Positions 15,072 through 29,482 are shown, counted from the stretch's first letter. The stretch is DNA of 64,000 nt from Eledone cirrhosa (GCA_964016885.1 CAXHJY010001376.1:16813-80812), one strand, 5' to 3'. The notes: generated from the sequence alone by a model not told the origin. Program-made: numbers and translations.

Positions 15072-15262
15072 AATTGTTTCTACTTTTGGCACAAGGCCAG
15101 CAATTATCCCAGTGTATTACTGGTAGTTTATTTTATCGACCCCGTAAGGATGAAAAGAAAAGTTAACCTCGGCGGGATTTGAACTCAGACCGTAAAGGGC
15201 CGTAACTCTTTGCTGGAAAGCATGGCGTCCGACCCTCTACCGATACTACCAATCCACCGCCC
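15072..15262 (-). mobile_element. SINE family S1
   Basis: Near-identical to 965-1150. Confidence 0.9.
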
Positions 15263-15371
15263 TAATGTGTGTGTATATAAAAGGAACGATCGACTTTCGT
15301 CAAATCGGACCGAGGAAACAATGTTTCCATTGGTCTTTCCAATACTATCTATCGGTCACAACTCCACGTAG

Positions 15372-15475
15372 AAGGAGCAACGTGAAATAAAGTGTCTTGC
15401 TCAAGGACATAACGCATCGCCCGGTCCAGGAATCGAACTCACAACCTTACGATTCCGAATCCAATTCTGTAACCA
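15372..15475 (-). mobile_element. tRNA-derived SINE, family S2 (partial)
   Basis: Minus GTGAGTTCGATTCC B box followed by GTCCTTGAGCAAGACACTT; homologous to 38060-38182 and 61274-61540. Confidence 0.7.
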
Positions 15476-16027
<552 letters not shown>

Positions 16028-16218
16028 AACGAAGGAATTGTGGTAAGGAACCAGATGGACCATAACGCACCAGAGTACTCAATACTTAGGGTAGTAGAGT
16101 GGGTAATAGGAAAAAGTATGACCCCGACGGCAGAGCTCAAGCCGTATCGATGGCTATTTCAGTCCAGAAATAGCCGTCGAAACAGCTTGAGCTCAGCCGT
16201 CGGGGTCATACTTTTTTC

Positions 16219-16222
<4 letters not shown>
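16028..16222 (-). mobile_element. Fold-back mini-element, family E (3' half of a hammerhead)
   Basis: Palindrome centred on GGCTATTTC-agtcca-GAAATAGCC; arms carry GAAA-CRGC..GCCG-TC-GGGGTC; (TA)n on both sides; 8 copies in the window. Confidence 0.8.
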
Positions 16223-16307
<85 letters not shown>

Positions 16308-16318
16308 TGCGTGTGTGT

Positions 16319-16411
<93 letters not shown>

Positions 16412-16415
<4 letters not shown>

Positions 16416-16480
16416 GAACAGATTAAAGTTTAAGTAAAGAATCGCTGCTATCACCCTTAACGGGATCTTCTGAAACAATA
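16412..16480 (-). mobile_element. Family G fragment with decayed hammerhead-like motif
   Basis: Matches 35815-35885. Confidence 0.55.
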
Positions 16481-16737
16481 TATAATCATTATCGAGCCCT
16501 CTTCTGATTTTAATCTTCACACACACACATATATATATATATACACACATCTACATATATATATATATATACACACATACATTATATAAGTGCATGTCTT
16601 ATGCAGGTTTTTTGTATGTTGCGTTATTGCATTTCTATATATTTACATGCCTACAGATGTGTATATACGTGTGTATATATGTATTAGTGCACATGTGTAT
16701 GGTGTGTCTTTCACTGTGTGTATGTGTGTTTAGTATA

Positions 16738-16772
<35 letters not shown>

Positions 16773-17037
16773 GTATGTTCTTTCAAGAAGAAAGTGTCTC
16801 AGAAATGCAGACAACCCTTTTCAATGTAGGTTGACACGGGAGAGAGAAGAGAGAGGAGGGGAGAGGGAGAGGTGGAGAAAGAGAATGAGGAAAGAGAGAG
16901 AGTGTGTGAGGTGGAAAGAGAGAGATAGAGAGAGGGGTGGGCTGGAGAAGAAACAGTATAACCGTAGCAGACACCCGAAACTATATAATTAGGTCACAGC
17001 TCTCTTATACAGACGGCATTGCACAGACCTAGATAGG

Positions 17038-17480
17038 GCAGAAACAACAGCAGCAGCAGAAACAACAACTAACACAACAGCAACAACTAACACAACACCA
17101 ACAACTAACACAACACCAACAACAACAAATACAACAACAGCAGCAATGAACGCAACTACACAGCAGCAACAACACCACAACAGCAGCAACAATAACAACT
17201 AACACAACAGCAACAACACCAACAGCAACAAATACAACAACAGCAGCAATGAACGCAACTACACAGCAGCAACAACACCACAACAGCAGCAGAAACAACA
17301 GCAACAGCAACAGCAACAAGCAACAACAACACCAACAAGCAACAACAACAACAGCAACTACACCAGCACCACTACCAACAACAACAACAATGGCATCAAC
17401 ACCAACAGCAGCACCAACAGCAGTAACAGCAACACCAACACCACCAATAACAACAACAGCGGCATCAACACCAACAACAA
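17038..17480. repeat. Degenerate (CAA/CAG)n tract with internal ~120-bp duplication
   Basis: CAAATACAACAACAGCAGCAATGAACGCAACTACACAGCAGC occurs twice. Confidence 0.85.
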
Positions 17481-17512
17481 GAAGTATATAGACAAATATC
17501 TAGATATAGAAA

Positions 17513-17641
17513 TAATTGTTTCTACTTTTGACACAAGGCCAGCAATTACCTCAGTGCATTACTGGTACTTTATTTTATCGACCCCGTAAGGATGAAAGGC
17601 AAAGTTAACCTCGGCGGGATTTGAACTCAGACCGTAAAGGG
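17513..17641 (-). mobile_element. SINE family S1, 5'-truncated
   Basis: Homology to 965-1150. Confidence 0.85.
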
Positions 17642-17829
17642 ATACATAGTGATAAATATCTACTTTTTAAAAATAGGATCGTTGTAGTAAGAAGTGACAA
17701 AGAACTGGAGGTGTGAGGTTGGCCCGGTGATAAAAGGTCGCGGGTTCGTACCCTCTCTCGGGCACCGTGAAATATAGAATGGTGAAGGGACTCAACAGAC
17801 AGTGACTTGACACCATGGGAATTGCTAGA

Positions 17830-18945
17830 GTTGGTTGTGGTAAATATTGGTAGCCCACTGTGGTGGGTAGTTGTGGTAAATATAGCTAGACCACTGTGGG
17901 GTAGTTGTGGTAATTATAGCTAGACCACTGAGGGGTAGTTGTGGTAATTATAGCTAGACCCTTGTGGTGGGTAGTTGTGGTAAATATAGCTAGACCACTG
18001 AGGGGTAGTTGTGGTAATTATAGCTAGACCACTGTGGTGGGTAGTTGTGGTAATTATAGCTAGACCTCTGATGGGTAGTTGTGGTAATTATAGCTAGACC
18101 ACTGAGGGGTAGTTGTGGTAATTATAGCTAGACCACTGAGGGGTAGTTGTGGTAATTATAGCTAGACCACTGAGGGGTAGTTGTGGTAATTATAGCTAGA
18201 CCACTGTGGTGGGTAGTTGTGGTAAATATGGCTAGACCACTGTGATGGGTAGTTGTGGTAATTATAGCTAGACCACTGAGGGGTAGTTGTGGTAATTATA
18301 GCTAGACCACTGAGGGGTAGTTGTGGTAATTATAGCTAGACCACTGAGGGGTAGTTGTGGTAATTATAGCTAGACCACTGTGGTGGGTAGTTGTGGTAAT
18401 TATAGCTAGACCACTGTGATGGGTAGTTGTGGTAATTATAGCTAGACCACTGTGGTGGGTAGTTGTGGTAATTATAGCTAGACCACTGTGGTGGGTAGTT
18501 GTGGTAATTATAGCTAGACCACTGAGGGGTAGTTGTGGTAATTATAGCTAGACCACTGTGGTGGGTAGTTGTGGTAATTATAGCTAGACCACTGTGGTGG
18601 GTAGTTGTGGTAATTATAGCTAGACCACTGTGGTGGGTAGTTGTGGTAATTATAGCTAGACCACTGTGGTGGGTAGTTGTGGTAATTATAGCTAGACCAC
18701 TGTGGTGGGTAGTTGTGGTAATTATAGCTAGACCACTGTGATGGGTAGTTGTGGTAAATATAGCTAGACCACTGTGGTGGGTTGTTGTGGTAAATATAGC
18801 TAGACCTCTGATGGGTAGTTGTGGTAAATATAGCTAGACCACTGAGGGGTAGTTGTGGTAATTATAGCTAGACCACTGTGATGGGTAGTTGTGGTAAATA
18901 TAGCTAGACCACTGTGGTGGGTAGTTGTGGTAAATTTAGGGAGAT
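17830..18945. repeat. 36/34-bp minisatellite
   Basis: Unit GTAGTTGTGGTAATTATAGCTAGACCACTG(TGGTGG or AGGG), ~30 copies. Confidence 0.95.
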
Positions 18946-19137
18946 ACTGTAGTGTGTAGTTTTAGTAAATATAAGATATTGTGGTATCTATATACATTGT
19001 GGTATGTAGTTGTGGTAAAATATAGGGAGATGTTGAGGTATAGACAGCGTGGTATGTGGTAGCAGTAAATACAGTGTAGTATATATAGACAAGATTATGT
19101 TAATGGATTTTAAGTGGTTTTTGTACCAACATCTCAT

Positions 19138-19420
19138 CTTTTCTTCTTTTTCTTCTTAGCCCATTCTTGGGAGGAACGTGGGGGTAGAGTCCTGAACCAA
19201 CTGACGTGGATGCGGGTGGATTCCCAAGCCAGGTGAACCCGGGTGGACCCCCAAGCGAGACTAGCCGAGCTCATAGATGTTATCAAACCATCTTGCTCGG
19301 TGTCTACTCATGGGTCTTTTGTCCAGAGATTCTTTCCTAAGATATTCCAACCACATGCCCATAGTATCGGAGCTGTAATCTCTCAATTCGGAGAAGAAGT
19401 AACAGCTCCACTTGGAGATC
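19138..19420 (-). mobile_element. RTE-clade (Rex3/Expander-like) LINE 3' fragment
   Basis: Minus strand encodes decayed LRIERLQLRYYGHVV; (AAG)n tail; same family as 52445-52800. Confidence 0.7.
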
Positions 19421-19493
19421 CAACTTAGAGTGAAAGCAGAATTTTTCTGTTTAAACTTTTAATCTGTACAAACAATAAATATTTGGTCTACGT

Positions 19494-19535
<42 letters not shown>

Positions 19536-19542
19536 CTTTATT

Positions 19543-19581
19543 TCCCTCCGAAGAAGAGATATTATCTCGAAAATTAAGGAC
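19543..19581 (+). ncRNA. Minimal hammerhead-like motif, family K (U4C)
   Basis: CCT-CCGAAGA-A-GAGAT-att-ATCTC-GAAA-AT-TA-AGG inside a (TA)n-flanked island. Confidence 0.55.
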
Positions 19582-19693
19582 ATTTTAATAAATTCAAGGT
19601 AAAGGACGAATTATCAACAACATCTTTTACAATTGCATTCTTTTTTCTATGTCCATATCTGCATTGTTTTGGCTTTATTACACATATTCAAAC

Positions 19694-19737
<44 letters not shown>

Positions 19738-19823
19738 TAGTTAAGCAAATCAAGACCACACCCTCACATAGAAGACATGAGTCGAAAAGTATCAACATTA
19801 AGTGCGGTTTAATATAAAATAGG

Positions 19824-19877
<54 letters not shown>

Positions 19878-19922
19878 ATCCTTATCGAGTCCTCTTTGAA
19901 TTTTGGTCTGTGTTTATTATCA

Positions 19923-20000
<78 letters not shown>

Positions 20001-20011
20001 TCTACTGTTAT

Positions 20012-20137
20012 ACTAACCCTAACCATAACCCTAATCCTAACTCTATCGATAACCCAAACCCTAAATATAACCCAAGCTCTAACCCTAACCAAAGTCCTAA
20101 CCCTAACCATAACCCAAATCCTAACTCTAACCCTAAT
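20012..20137. repeat. Degenerate (CCCTAA)n telomere-like repeat
   Basis: ~20 hexamers such as CCCTAA/CCATAA/CTCTAA. Confidence 0.75.
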
Positions 20138-20560
20138 TTCTTGTAGTATTCAGCTGTTTGTTTGCAGCCTTTCTGTTGGCGTCGAGGGGGAATTCTTGCA
20201 AATAGCAACAAACCTACTGAGATGTAAAATTTCTGGTACGTAATTTCACTGGTTAGCCACGAAATAGTTAATGATTATAACATACTGTAACTAATTGAGT
20301 AATAGAATATAACTGTTAATGCTGCAGTAAAGGAAACTTACACACAGCCCAAACACTTCACTAGACTGGGTTTTAATCAAGTTTATTAATTAAGATGCAA
20401 TATCTAATAATTAATATAGCATGATTCTTTTTTAATGAGCACAAAGTATGAATGATAAATGATTATTTACTATGTTAGAACAGTTTAAAGTTTTCATTCG
20501 TTATATCGTTAATGTGCATGTGTATATGTCTTTGTATGAGTGTGTGTGTGTGTGTGTGTG

Positions 20561-20679
<119 letters not shown>

Positions 20680-20809
20680 GTGCATATGTGTGTGTGTATG
20701 TGTGTATGTGTGCGCGCGAGTATGTATGTATGTATGTTTGTATGTTTGTTTTTATGTTTGTTTGTATGTATGTTTGCGTATATATATATATGTATGTAAA
20801 TGCATTCGA

Positions 20810-21010
20810 TGTTCAGAGAGTGGGATTGGCCCTGTGCAAAGCCTTTCTTCACTTAAAACAGCTTCAAGCGCAGATATCGCTTGATATGTGACATGTTTTT
20901 GCGATGCATGGCATTGCTGGCCATAGGCAAGCCCCTTACAGGCCTAAAAAGCCACGTCCGTGATACTCATGCTTAAGTATCAAGTGATGGCATTACTCGA
21001 AATCGAGTTG
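20810..21010 (+). mobile_element. Diverged fragment of the short RTE-derived element
   Basis: GAGAGTGGGATTGGCCCTGTGCA...TACTCGAAATCGAGTTG(TATG)n matches the reverse complement of 49995-50305. Confidence 0.65.
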
Positions 21011-21284
21011 TATGTATGTATGTATGTAGGTAGGTAGGTAAGTATGTCTGTCTGTCTATCTCACCTTTGGCATATGGTAGAGATGTCTCTAAAACAAAAC
21101 ATACGATCCCGATATTTTTGTGATTAAATATTCTCCCTTCTCTTCACAAATCAATAATGGATAACCATGAGCTCTGATTAAGTTTAATTCTTTCCTTACC
21201 ATATTTCTACTAAAGGACATTGCTCATGAATTTCAAATAATCTGGAAATGAAAAATTTGGAAGGATTTATTAATATAACCAACG

Positions 21285-21692
21285 TTAGCATCGGACATTC
21301 TTTGCGGCATATAGTTACGTTCCTTTGCATTCTGAGTTCAAATCCCGCCGAAGTTAGTTTTGCCTTTCATCCTTACGAGCTCGATAAAACAAAATAAACT
21401 ACCAGTAATGCACTGGGGTTGATTTAATCGACTTTCCTCAGCTCCAGAATTGTTGTCCTTGTACTTAAATCAGAAACCAATATTAAGATGCTGTTTGAGG
21501 GCGGTTGATTGGCAGTTCGTTCGAAGGTCGGACAAAATATTTTGCAGTATTTAGTTACGTCCCTTTACGTTGAGGTCAAATTTACATTTCATCCTTTCGG
21601 GGCTGATAAAATAAAGTATCTGTTAAGTACTTGGATCGATTTAATCGATTTCTCCACCACAATTGCTCGCCTTTGCCCTGAGATTAGAAAGT
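21285..21692 (+). mobile_element. Two older S1-related SINEs in tandem
   Basis: GAGTTCAAATCCCGCCG and TTTCATCCTTTCGGGGCTGATAAAATAAAGTA cores. Confidence 0.7.
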
Positions 21693-22793
21693 AAAAATCA
21701 TTAATTTGACATTTGGAACTTAACTTGGCCAAGCAATTCCTTTTTTTCCTGATAGAGACATGTTTAATATATAACTTTACAAAGGTTCTTACATAAAATT
21801 GCGATGGAGAGATGTTTGATAAATGTAAACACTTTAAAACAGTTTTGTATCATAACAAATCAATGGCGGTTTCCGGTGGTTTGTTAAAGAAAGGGTTAAA
21901 GTATCTCACGATTATGATTGCATCTTTGGTCATTGTCACTCTTATCAACGCCCACCTCCTCGGCGACACACATACACAATTTTCGTACACGTGGGTGCTA
22001 ACCACATATCACCCAATCAAAGACAGTTATGATTTATCTATTTGAGATATGAGGAGATTTTCTCAGCTATTCATTTAATAAGATAATTGAAACTAAACTG
22101 TAATGGATACGTATGTTCGTGACATTCTGCCTCATGTGTCGTGTTCCAAAACAACATCACAAATAGATAAATATGATTATGAAGAAACACAAGCTTCTCT
22201 GTTACTCTTTTCTCTAACATAAGAGAGATACTTATAATGTCGAATATCAGTTCTTCCATATGTGCATTAAAAAAAAAAAAAAAAACTTTACTATCATTAG
22301 CGTCGGACAACATGCTTCTGAGTTCAGATTCAACCGAGGTTAGCTTTACCTTTCATCCTGACGAGAACGATAAAATAGATATCACTAACCTTGTCATGTC
22401 TCAGAGGACGGGCTTTTTCGTATTTATTTGTGTCACTGGTAATAACCCCTGCAAATTCACATCCTGGCCATTTTTGCTTTTTTAAACTGCAGTTAACCAA
22501 TGCATGTATTGTACGTGGCCTAAAATATGAAGAAAATAACGTTAATGAGAAAGTTCGATGGTTTATAGAGATAAATATATGATGTGTTCACTGTTCGGGG
22601 ACAGAGAAAAGCACTAATGAGAGTAGAACTCAATACATGTTTAGATGTTGAGTAGAGTTAGAAATACGACGAAAAATTCTCATTTGGGCCAATTCACAGG
22701 ATCACAGGATTCAGATTAATGCGCCAGGTAACTTGAGGGAAATTTGGTAGATGGAAACTATGCGGAAGGCAGCCCTTTGTTTATGTGTGTATA

Positions 22794-22826
<33 letters not shown>

Positions 22827-22919
22827 GCAAAAAGAAAACAGAAAAAACAAAGCAAACGACACAGTACTATGAAGAAATATATTAATTTAACACTTGATAT
22901 AGTAGAAAAAGAGTTAACG

Positions 22920-22964
<45 letters not shown>

Positions 22965-22966
<2 letters not shown>

Positions 22967-23109
22967 TGTCGTAATTTAGCAGTTCAACAAAAATAGATCG
23001 ATAAAATAAGCACCAGGCTTGGAAAGGAAATATATACTGGGTTCGACAAAAATTTCTAAGGTGGTGCCCCACCATGTCCTCATCTTATCGGCTGGAGCAC
23101 GTAATAGAG

Positions 23110-23112
<3 letters not shown>
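22965..23112 (+). mobile_element. SINE 3' part, family S4
   Basis: AAGGTGGTGCCCCACCATG...GTAATAGAGTAA; related ends at 28034-28083, 30230-30300 and 56500-56555. Confidence 0.5.
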
Positions 23113-23148
<36 letters not shown>

Positions 23149-23151
<3 letters not shown>

Positions 23152-23246
23152 CGAAGGAAATGTGGTACGGAACCAGATGGACCATAGCGCACCAAAGTAC
23201 TCAATACTTAGGGTAGTAGAGTGGGTAATGGGGTCCTACTCGTTCC

Positions 23247-23248
<2 letters not shown>
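23149..23248 (-). mobile_element. Family E mini-element, truncated
   Basis: Tail AACGAAGGAAATGTGGTACGG... plus short inverted GGGGTCC...TTCCTA; (TA)n flanks. Confidence 0.75.
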
Positions 23249-23278
<30 letters not shown>

Positions 23279-23294
23279 TCTAATGTCACCTGAA

Positions 23295-23474
23295 GGCCTG
23301 CAATTACCCCAGTGCATTACTGGTACTTTATTTTATCGACTCCGTAAGGATGAAAGGCAAAGTCAAATCCCGTCGAGGTTAACTTTGCCTTTCATCCTTA
23401 CAGGGTCGATAAAATAAAGTACCAGTAATGCACTGAGGTAATTCCTGGCCTTATTGCAAAAGTAGAAACAATTA
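23295..23474 (+). mobile_element. S1 SINE 3' half with inverted duplication
   Basis: 23301-23366 is the reverse complement of ~23380-23444. Confidence 0.8.
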
Positions 23475-23492
23475 TATAAAACGGTAGTGGAT

Positions 23493-23905
23493 TGACTTGG
23501 GGGTGATGTAACTTATTTCTAGCGTTTGATTGACCTCTTCAGTGTCTCCCACTTTGGCAGGTAGAGCAACAAGGGCTTGACTTGAGGAAGATGTAACTTA
23601 TTTCTAGCGTTTGATTGACCTCTTCAGTGTCTCCCACTTTGGCAGGTAGAGCAACAAGGGCTTGACTTGAGGAAGATGTAACTTATTTCTAGCGTTTGAT
23701 TGACCTCTTCTGTCTCTCGCATTTTGGCAGGTAGAGTAACAAGGGCTTGACTTGAGGAAGATGTAACTTATTTCTAGCGTTTGATTGACCTCTTCAGTGT
23801 CTCCCACTTTGGCGGGTAGAGCAACAAGGGCTTGACTTGAGGAAGATGTAACTTATTTCTAGCGTTTGATTGACCTCTTCTGTATCTCCCACTTTGGCAG
23901 GTGGA
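23493..23905. repeat. 85-bp tandem repeat, ~4.8 copies
   Basis: AGCGTTTGATTGACCTCTTC recurs at 23521, 23606, 23691, 23776 and 23861. Confidence 0.95.
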
Positions 23906-24642
23906 GCGCCATGTCTGATATGTGTAGAAGACAGTTTATAGAAGACCAACACCGAAAGAAATGGATAAGACAAAAACACCATTAACAATTAAAATAAAAC
24001 ATTTTGGTGAGGTCAGTGAGCGGTCAAGTTTAGTTGTGTTGGTGAAAACTATACAAAGCAGATGTTGAAAATTTGATCTCAAAAGAAATAATCAAAGAAG
24101 CACATTTTTCTTTATCGATTAGCCACTGTTCTGGCCCCCCAGAGGACTGTGTTTCATTTTTGATTGGCTGTTTAGATCAATAGCCCGCAAATCTGGAGGC
24201 TAGGAATTTTATCTTAATGGATATGTCTCTCTGTCTGTCTGGTCTCTCTCTCTCTATCTATATATATGTGTGTGTATGTGTGTTGTTTTGTTGTTGTCGT
24301 TGTCGTGCGGCTCGTGGGATTTCTTTTTCCTCCCTTTTTTCCTCACTTCTTTCTCTCCTTCTTCCTAATCTGTTCTCAATATTTCCTTTTAAATCACAGT
24401 GAGGACTTTCTGATCAGCGAAGCGGAACTAATCAAACTGCTATAGATATATAGTGAGAGAGGGGGCGGAGATATATATAGAGAAAGAGAGAGAGGACGAA
24501 TGATAAAGAGAGAGTGAGTCAGACATGTCCACATCCTGCCAACTTAGAACATTCCATAAAGAATCAGAGATTTTAAATTAAAGTTGGGTTGGGGGATATC
24601 ATTTTTATACTGGAATCAAATCCTTCGACAACGAATTCTCTC

Positions 24643-24781
<139 letters not shown>

Positions 24782-24789
24782 AATAGATA

Positions 24790-24867
24790 CAAGTTATCCC
24801 CAAAAATGTATACACACTTTTGTTAGAATGCTGTTGAAGTGTGTATACATTTTGTGGGGACACCCTG
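24790..24867. mobile_element. Tiny Tc1/mariner-type MITE (hairpin)
   Basis: TCCCCAAAAATGTATACACACTT / AAGTGTGTATACATTTTGTGGGGACACCCTG; CAGGGTGTCC-type terminus. Confidence 0.55.
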
Positions 24868-24960
24868 ATTATATCCGCATGCGGTTGACAGCTGAGAGAA
24901 AAGAGTACTCAATACCGAAGAAATAGTTTTAATATTCATTTTATTAAGGCTGAATAATGA

Positions 24961-25008
24961 GTCTTGTTCCTCTGGAGTTTCGCCTGTTTGCCACAGGGTC
25001 ATCAGGCT
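24961..25008 (-). ncRNA. Hammerhead, family C (U16.1 mutated)
   Basis: Minus: CTGATGA-C-CCTGT-ggcaa-ACAGG-C-GAAA-CTCCAGAG-GA-ACAAGAC. Confidence 0.7.
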
Positions 25009-25134
25009 GAATGAGTTGGGGTCCAGAACCCAGCAACACTTAACTACCTGTTTATATCACTGTTGTAAATATTTATACCAAACATGGACTGAGTGCTCTT
25101 ACTCTTGGATATTTCAACCAAACTTTTACTACAG

Positions 25135-25397
<263 letters not shown>

Positions 25398-25407
25398 TTA
25401 TATATAT

Positions 25408-25498
<91 letters not shown>

Positions 25499-26829
25499 AG
25501 TCTGTATTTTTTAAGTTCAAATGCATTGAAAACAATTTGATCTGTGACGTCACATGCTGCGACACTTTCTCAGGTGTCAGCCTCATCGTTTCGTCCACAA
25601 AGCATAGCGCCGCCGCCACCACCACCACCTCCCACAAAGGGAGGGGGGGTCGGAATGTGGCTAAATATCAGGCATTGACTGACCGTTGTCCTTTTACGCC
25701 AGTCGCCACTCAGACCTCCTCTGTTCCCGTCGCCCGTGCGGCTGATCTTTTTCAGAAAGTTTTCGTCGTGTTTTCCGTGGAGTACGACTGACTTGGACCA
25801 TTAGCTGCTATATCACCCGTGGGGCATAGCTGAATTACATCATCAGCCACCTTATTGCCCGTGGGGTACGGCTGACCTAGACCATCAGTTGCTATATCAA
25901 TTAACTAATTGGCTTGATTAAGAATTGTTCGATATAGATATAGGAAAGAATAGAGGAATAATGTTCTGGTTACGTTTGTCAAGAAAGGATAGGTGAGAAT
26001 GCCTGAGGGTCGATCGGAGGCAGTGGTATGATCCTGGGACCTCATGACTACAAAGCAAAACATCTTAACTAATCGGACATACCTGAGTCTAAATATAATT
26101 AATGAGCAGGTGAATATAGAAAAGGATAAAGGGGAACGAATGAAAGATAAGATTGAAAGAAGAAAAGATAGGAAGGAAAGAAAGCTAGCGAGAGAAAGAG
26201 AGAAGTAATGAAAGAGGTAGAAAGACAGAAAGGGAATAGAGTAACAGAAATACTTAAAAAAGTGCTAAAAAGTGGTTTCCCCGCAAAACCACAATGTATT
26301 TTCCAGCTATAAATTCTTGTCAAAGAAATAAATCTTTCTTTAAACGTGTTTAACATCTTACTGTCTGTTGTAAAACTGTTCAACACTTTGCTTGTTGTTT
26401 ATATCATTTTTATTATGTTTTATTATTTTTCTCCCTTTTTTAGATATTTGGTCCACTCCCTCCCTCATCCTCCTACCCCCAGAAACCTTCCTACTTCATC
26501 GTTATATACTCCTCCGCCTCCTCCTTCACTTCAACGCCTTTTTTTTCCTCTTTCCCTGCCTTCATCAGATTGGGGCGCTCTGACACGAAGAAAAATGATT
26601 GCCACGCGTTATACACATATCCACATATACACACACATATCCACATGTACACATACACACACACACACATATCCACATGTACACACACACATATATACAC
26701 ATATACACATGTACACACACACACACACACACACATCTACATAGCCACATATACACGCACACATACATAGCCACATACACACACATCCACATGCACACAC
26801 ATATCCACATGCACACACACACACACACT

Positions 26830-26957
26830 CCCAAATTCCATCACAAGACATTAGTCAATTCAAGAGTACAGAGTAGAAAATACTTGCCCAAGATAACGTG
26901 CAGCAGGACTGAACTCACAGTTGCATGGTTGCGAAGGAAACTCCTTAACTACACAGT
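26830..26957 (-). mobile_element. tRNA/CORE-like SINE, family S3 (decayed)
   Basis: Homologous to 41980-42135, 44690-44846 and 48890-49030. Confidence 0.55.
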
Positions 26958-26969
26958 CAATTCCCCCTC

Positions 26970-27465
<496 letters not shown>

Positions 27466-27467
<2 letters not shown>

Positions 27468-27664
27468 CGAAGGAAATGTGGTAAGGAACCAGGTGGACCA
27501 TAACGCACCAAAGTACTCAATACTTGAGGTAGTAGAGTGGGTAATAGGAACCAGTAAGACCCCGACAGCTGAGCTCAAGCCGTTTCGACGGCTAATTCTG
27601 GACTAAAAATGAATTAGCCGTCGAAACGGCTTGAGCTCAGCTGTCGGGGTCTTACTGGTTCCTA
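27466..27664 (-). mobile_element. Family E fold-back mini-element
   Basis: Perfect arms around GACGGCTAATTC-tggactaaaaat-GAATTAGCCGTC. Confidence 0.85.
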
Positions 27665-28099
27665 TATATATATATATATATATATATACATGTCTAATGG
27701 TAGCTAAGATGCTTCCATAGGCGGTATGCCGGTAGAGCACTCTATGCAATTGTTTCCCCGGCGGACAGCTCGAGGTGCGACCCGTGTGTGGATCTACCTG
27801 ACTCTAGACTCGCAGGTTCCTCGGACAGGTCTATTGGTTTCGGGGAAACAATTGTAACACAATAAATTGAGTTCCGATGCATCACTGATTTTTCGTTTTC
27901 TATTCCATATATATATTTAATATAGAAATAGCTTCTACAGGACTGGAACTGTGTTTACCCCCGATTCAACCCGGGACAAACTTATACATATATATATGTA
28001 TATATGTGTGTGTGTGTTTGTGTGTGTGTGTATACTCTTTTACCTGTTCCAGCCATCCGGCTGAGGCCATGCTGGGGCACCGCATATATATATATATAT

Positions 28100-28290
28100 T
28101 TTATTAAGGCTAAATAGTGAGTCTTGTTACTCTGGAGTTTTACCTGTTTATTTGTCTGGTGACCATGTGATAAACAGGCGAAACTCCAGAGTAAGAAGAC
28201 TCAATATTTAGCCTTACTTAATGAAATAAATATTTAAACTCTACTTCCGTATTGAGTACTCTTTTCTCTCAGCCGTCAACCACATACGCA
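28100..28290 (+). mobile_element. Family C fold-back mini-element with hammerhead (28152-28200)
   Basis: 28100-28150 is the reverse complement of 28171-28218; TTGT-CTGGTGA...AGGC-GAAA-CTCCAGAG-TA. Confidence 0.75.
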
Positions 28291-28369
28291 TACATATATA
28301 TATATACTCACACACATATATGTGTGCGTGTGGTGAGTTTGGTGCCTATAAGGGCTAACTGCGGAACAC

Positions 28370-28760
28370 AGTTTTCAGGAGTGATTGCCTTTATTGGCTT
28401 AAAGCTGCCGGAGATAATGTCATAGTAGACGTCAGTGTTAGTATTCACGTTAGAGCCTGGTGGAATGCTCAGTGTAGAGTTGGATGTAAAAAGGGTAGCG
28501 AGGGTAAAGACTTTCTCTTCTCCCCAGAGAATAATGTTCTGTGAACCATCTTGGTTGAAAATGGCGGAAAGGAGGACTCTTCAATCTTAGTGAAGCTCTT
28601 TTTTTAGAAAGACCAGATGATTCAACTGTGAAAATATGGCTCAACTGATCGATGTGTGGTGGCCTCATAAGAGTATAGGCACGAAAAATTCATTTTTGTT
28701 TTCGGTGAATCTGCGCCAAAGTTGTCAGGAATCCACAGCTCTGCAGGGTCTCCTTAATTA
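28370..28760 (-). pseudogene. Possible decayed Tc1/mariner transposase fragment
   Basis: Minus strand gives QNIILWGEEKVFT (cf. ILFSDEKIFT) and GSNVNT..DVYYDI; frameshifted. Confidence 0.35.
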
Positions 28761-29482
28761 TTTTGTTTGAAAAGGCGCCATTAGCTAAGTTCCATGCACT
28801 GAGCATAAGTTCTAATTCCTTTAATTTCCAGTTCCGTTGATTCTTCATTTCATTTTCATTAACAATCTTCGTATTGCCTTTTATATTTCAATTATAATAA
28901 TCAATTAATTAAAAATAAAACGATATACAATTTTTTTATTTCGGAAAATAGAATATATCAAAATATTATTCCTTAAAACATAATACTCTAGGGAAAATAT
29001 AGAAAATAAGCAATGTTGTTAATATATCACTGTTTTTTCGAGAATTAAAAACAACAAACAGAAGATTCTCTTATATTCTGCTTGTAGAGAAAAAAGTAAA
29101 AATTTGTTTTAAACGATGTAAATCTTTCAGAATCCAAACATTACTGAAAATAGGAAAGAAAAAATAAAACAGTAATATTATTTACCCAGTATTTAAAGAG
29201 AAATTACGATGTATCGGATTTAGAATAAATAAATCTTTACGATCTATCGGATTTAGAATAAATAGACTTACAGAAGCACGTGGTTAAGTATATATTTCAC
29301 AAATAAACAATAGAATGATAAATACTATACAGTCCATATTTTCAGATTACATAAATATTAATATGTGTATACTGTTACTTAACAATGCTTTGAAACTGGG
29401 TTTTAAACAAAGAAATTATAGTTTTAATGAAGATTTTTGCGAGCGAAGAAAAACACCGTCGAGCGACTAGCTTACACGAAAC

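Noticed and set aside
16028-16222. Family E/F/H palindromes as DNA-transposon MITEs
   Set aside because: Arms are asymmetric with a one-sided tail and variable centres, and family F is demonstrably the end of a GIY-YIG PLE.
17705-17765. tRNA-like segment with GGGTTCGTACCC
   Set aside because: No full cloverleaf; at most a SINE head remnant.
17830-18945. 36-bp repeat as a CRISPR array
   Set aside because: Contiguous tandem units without unique spacers, in a eukaryotic context.
20012-20137. True telomere or chromosome end
   Set aside because: Short, degenerate and internal.
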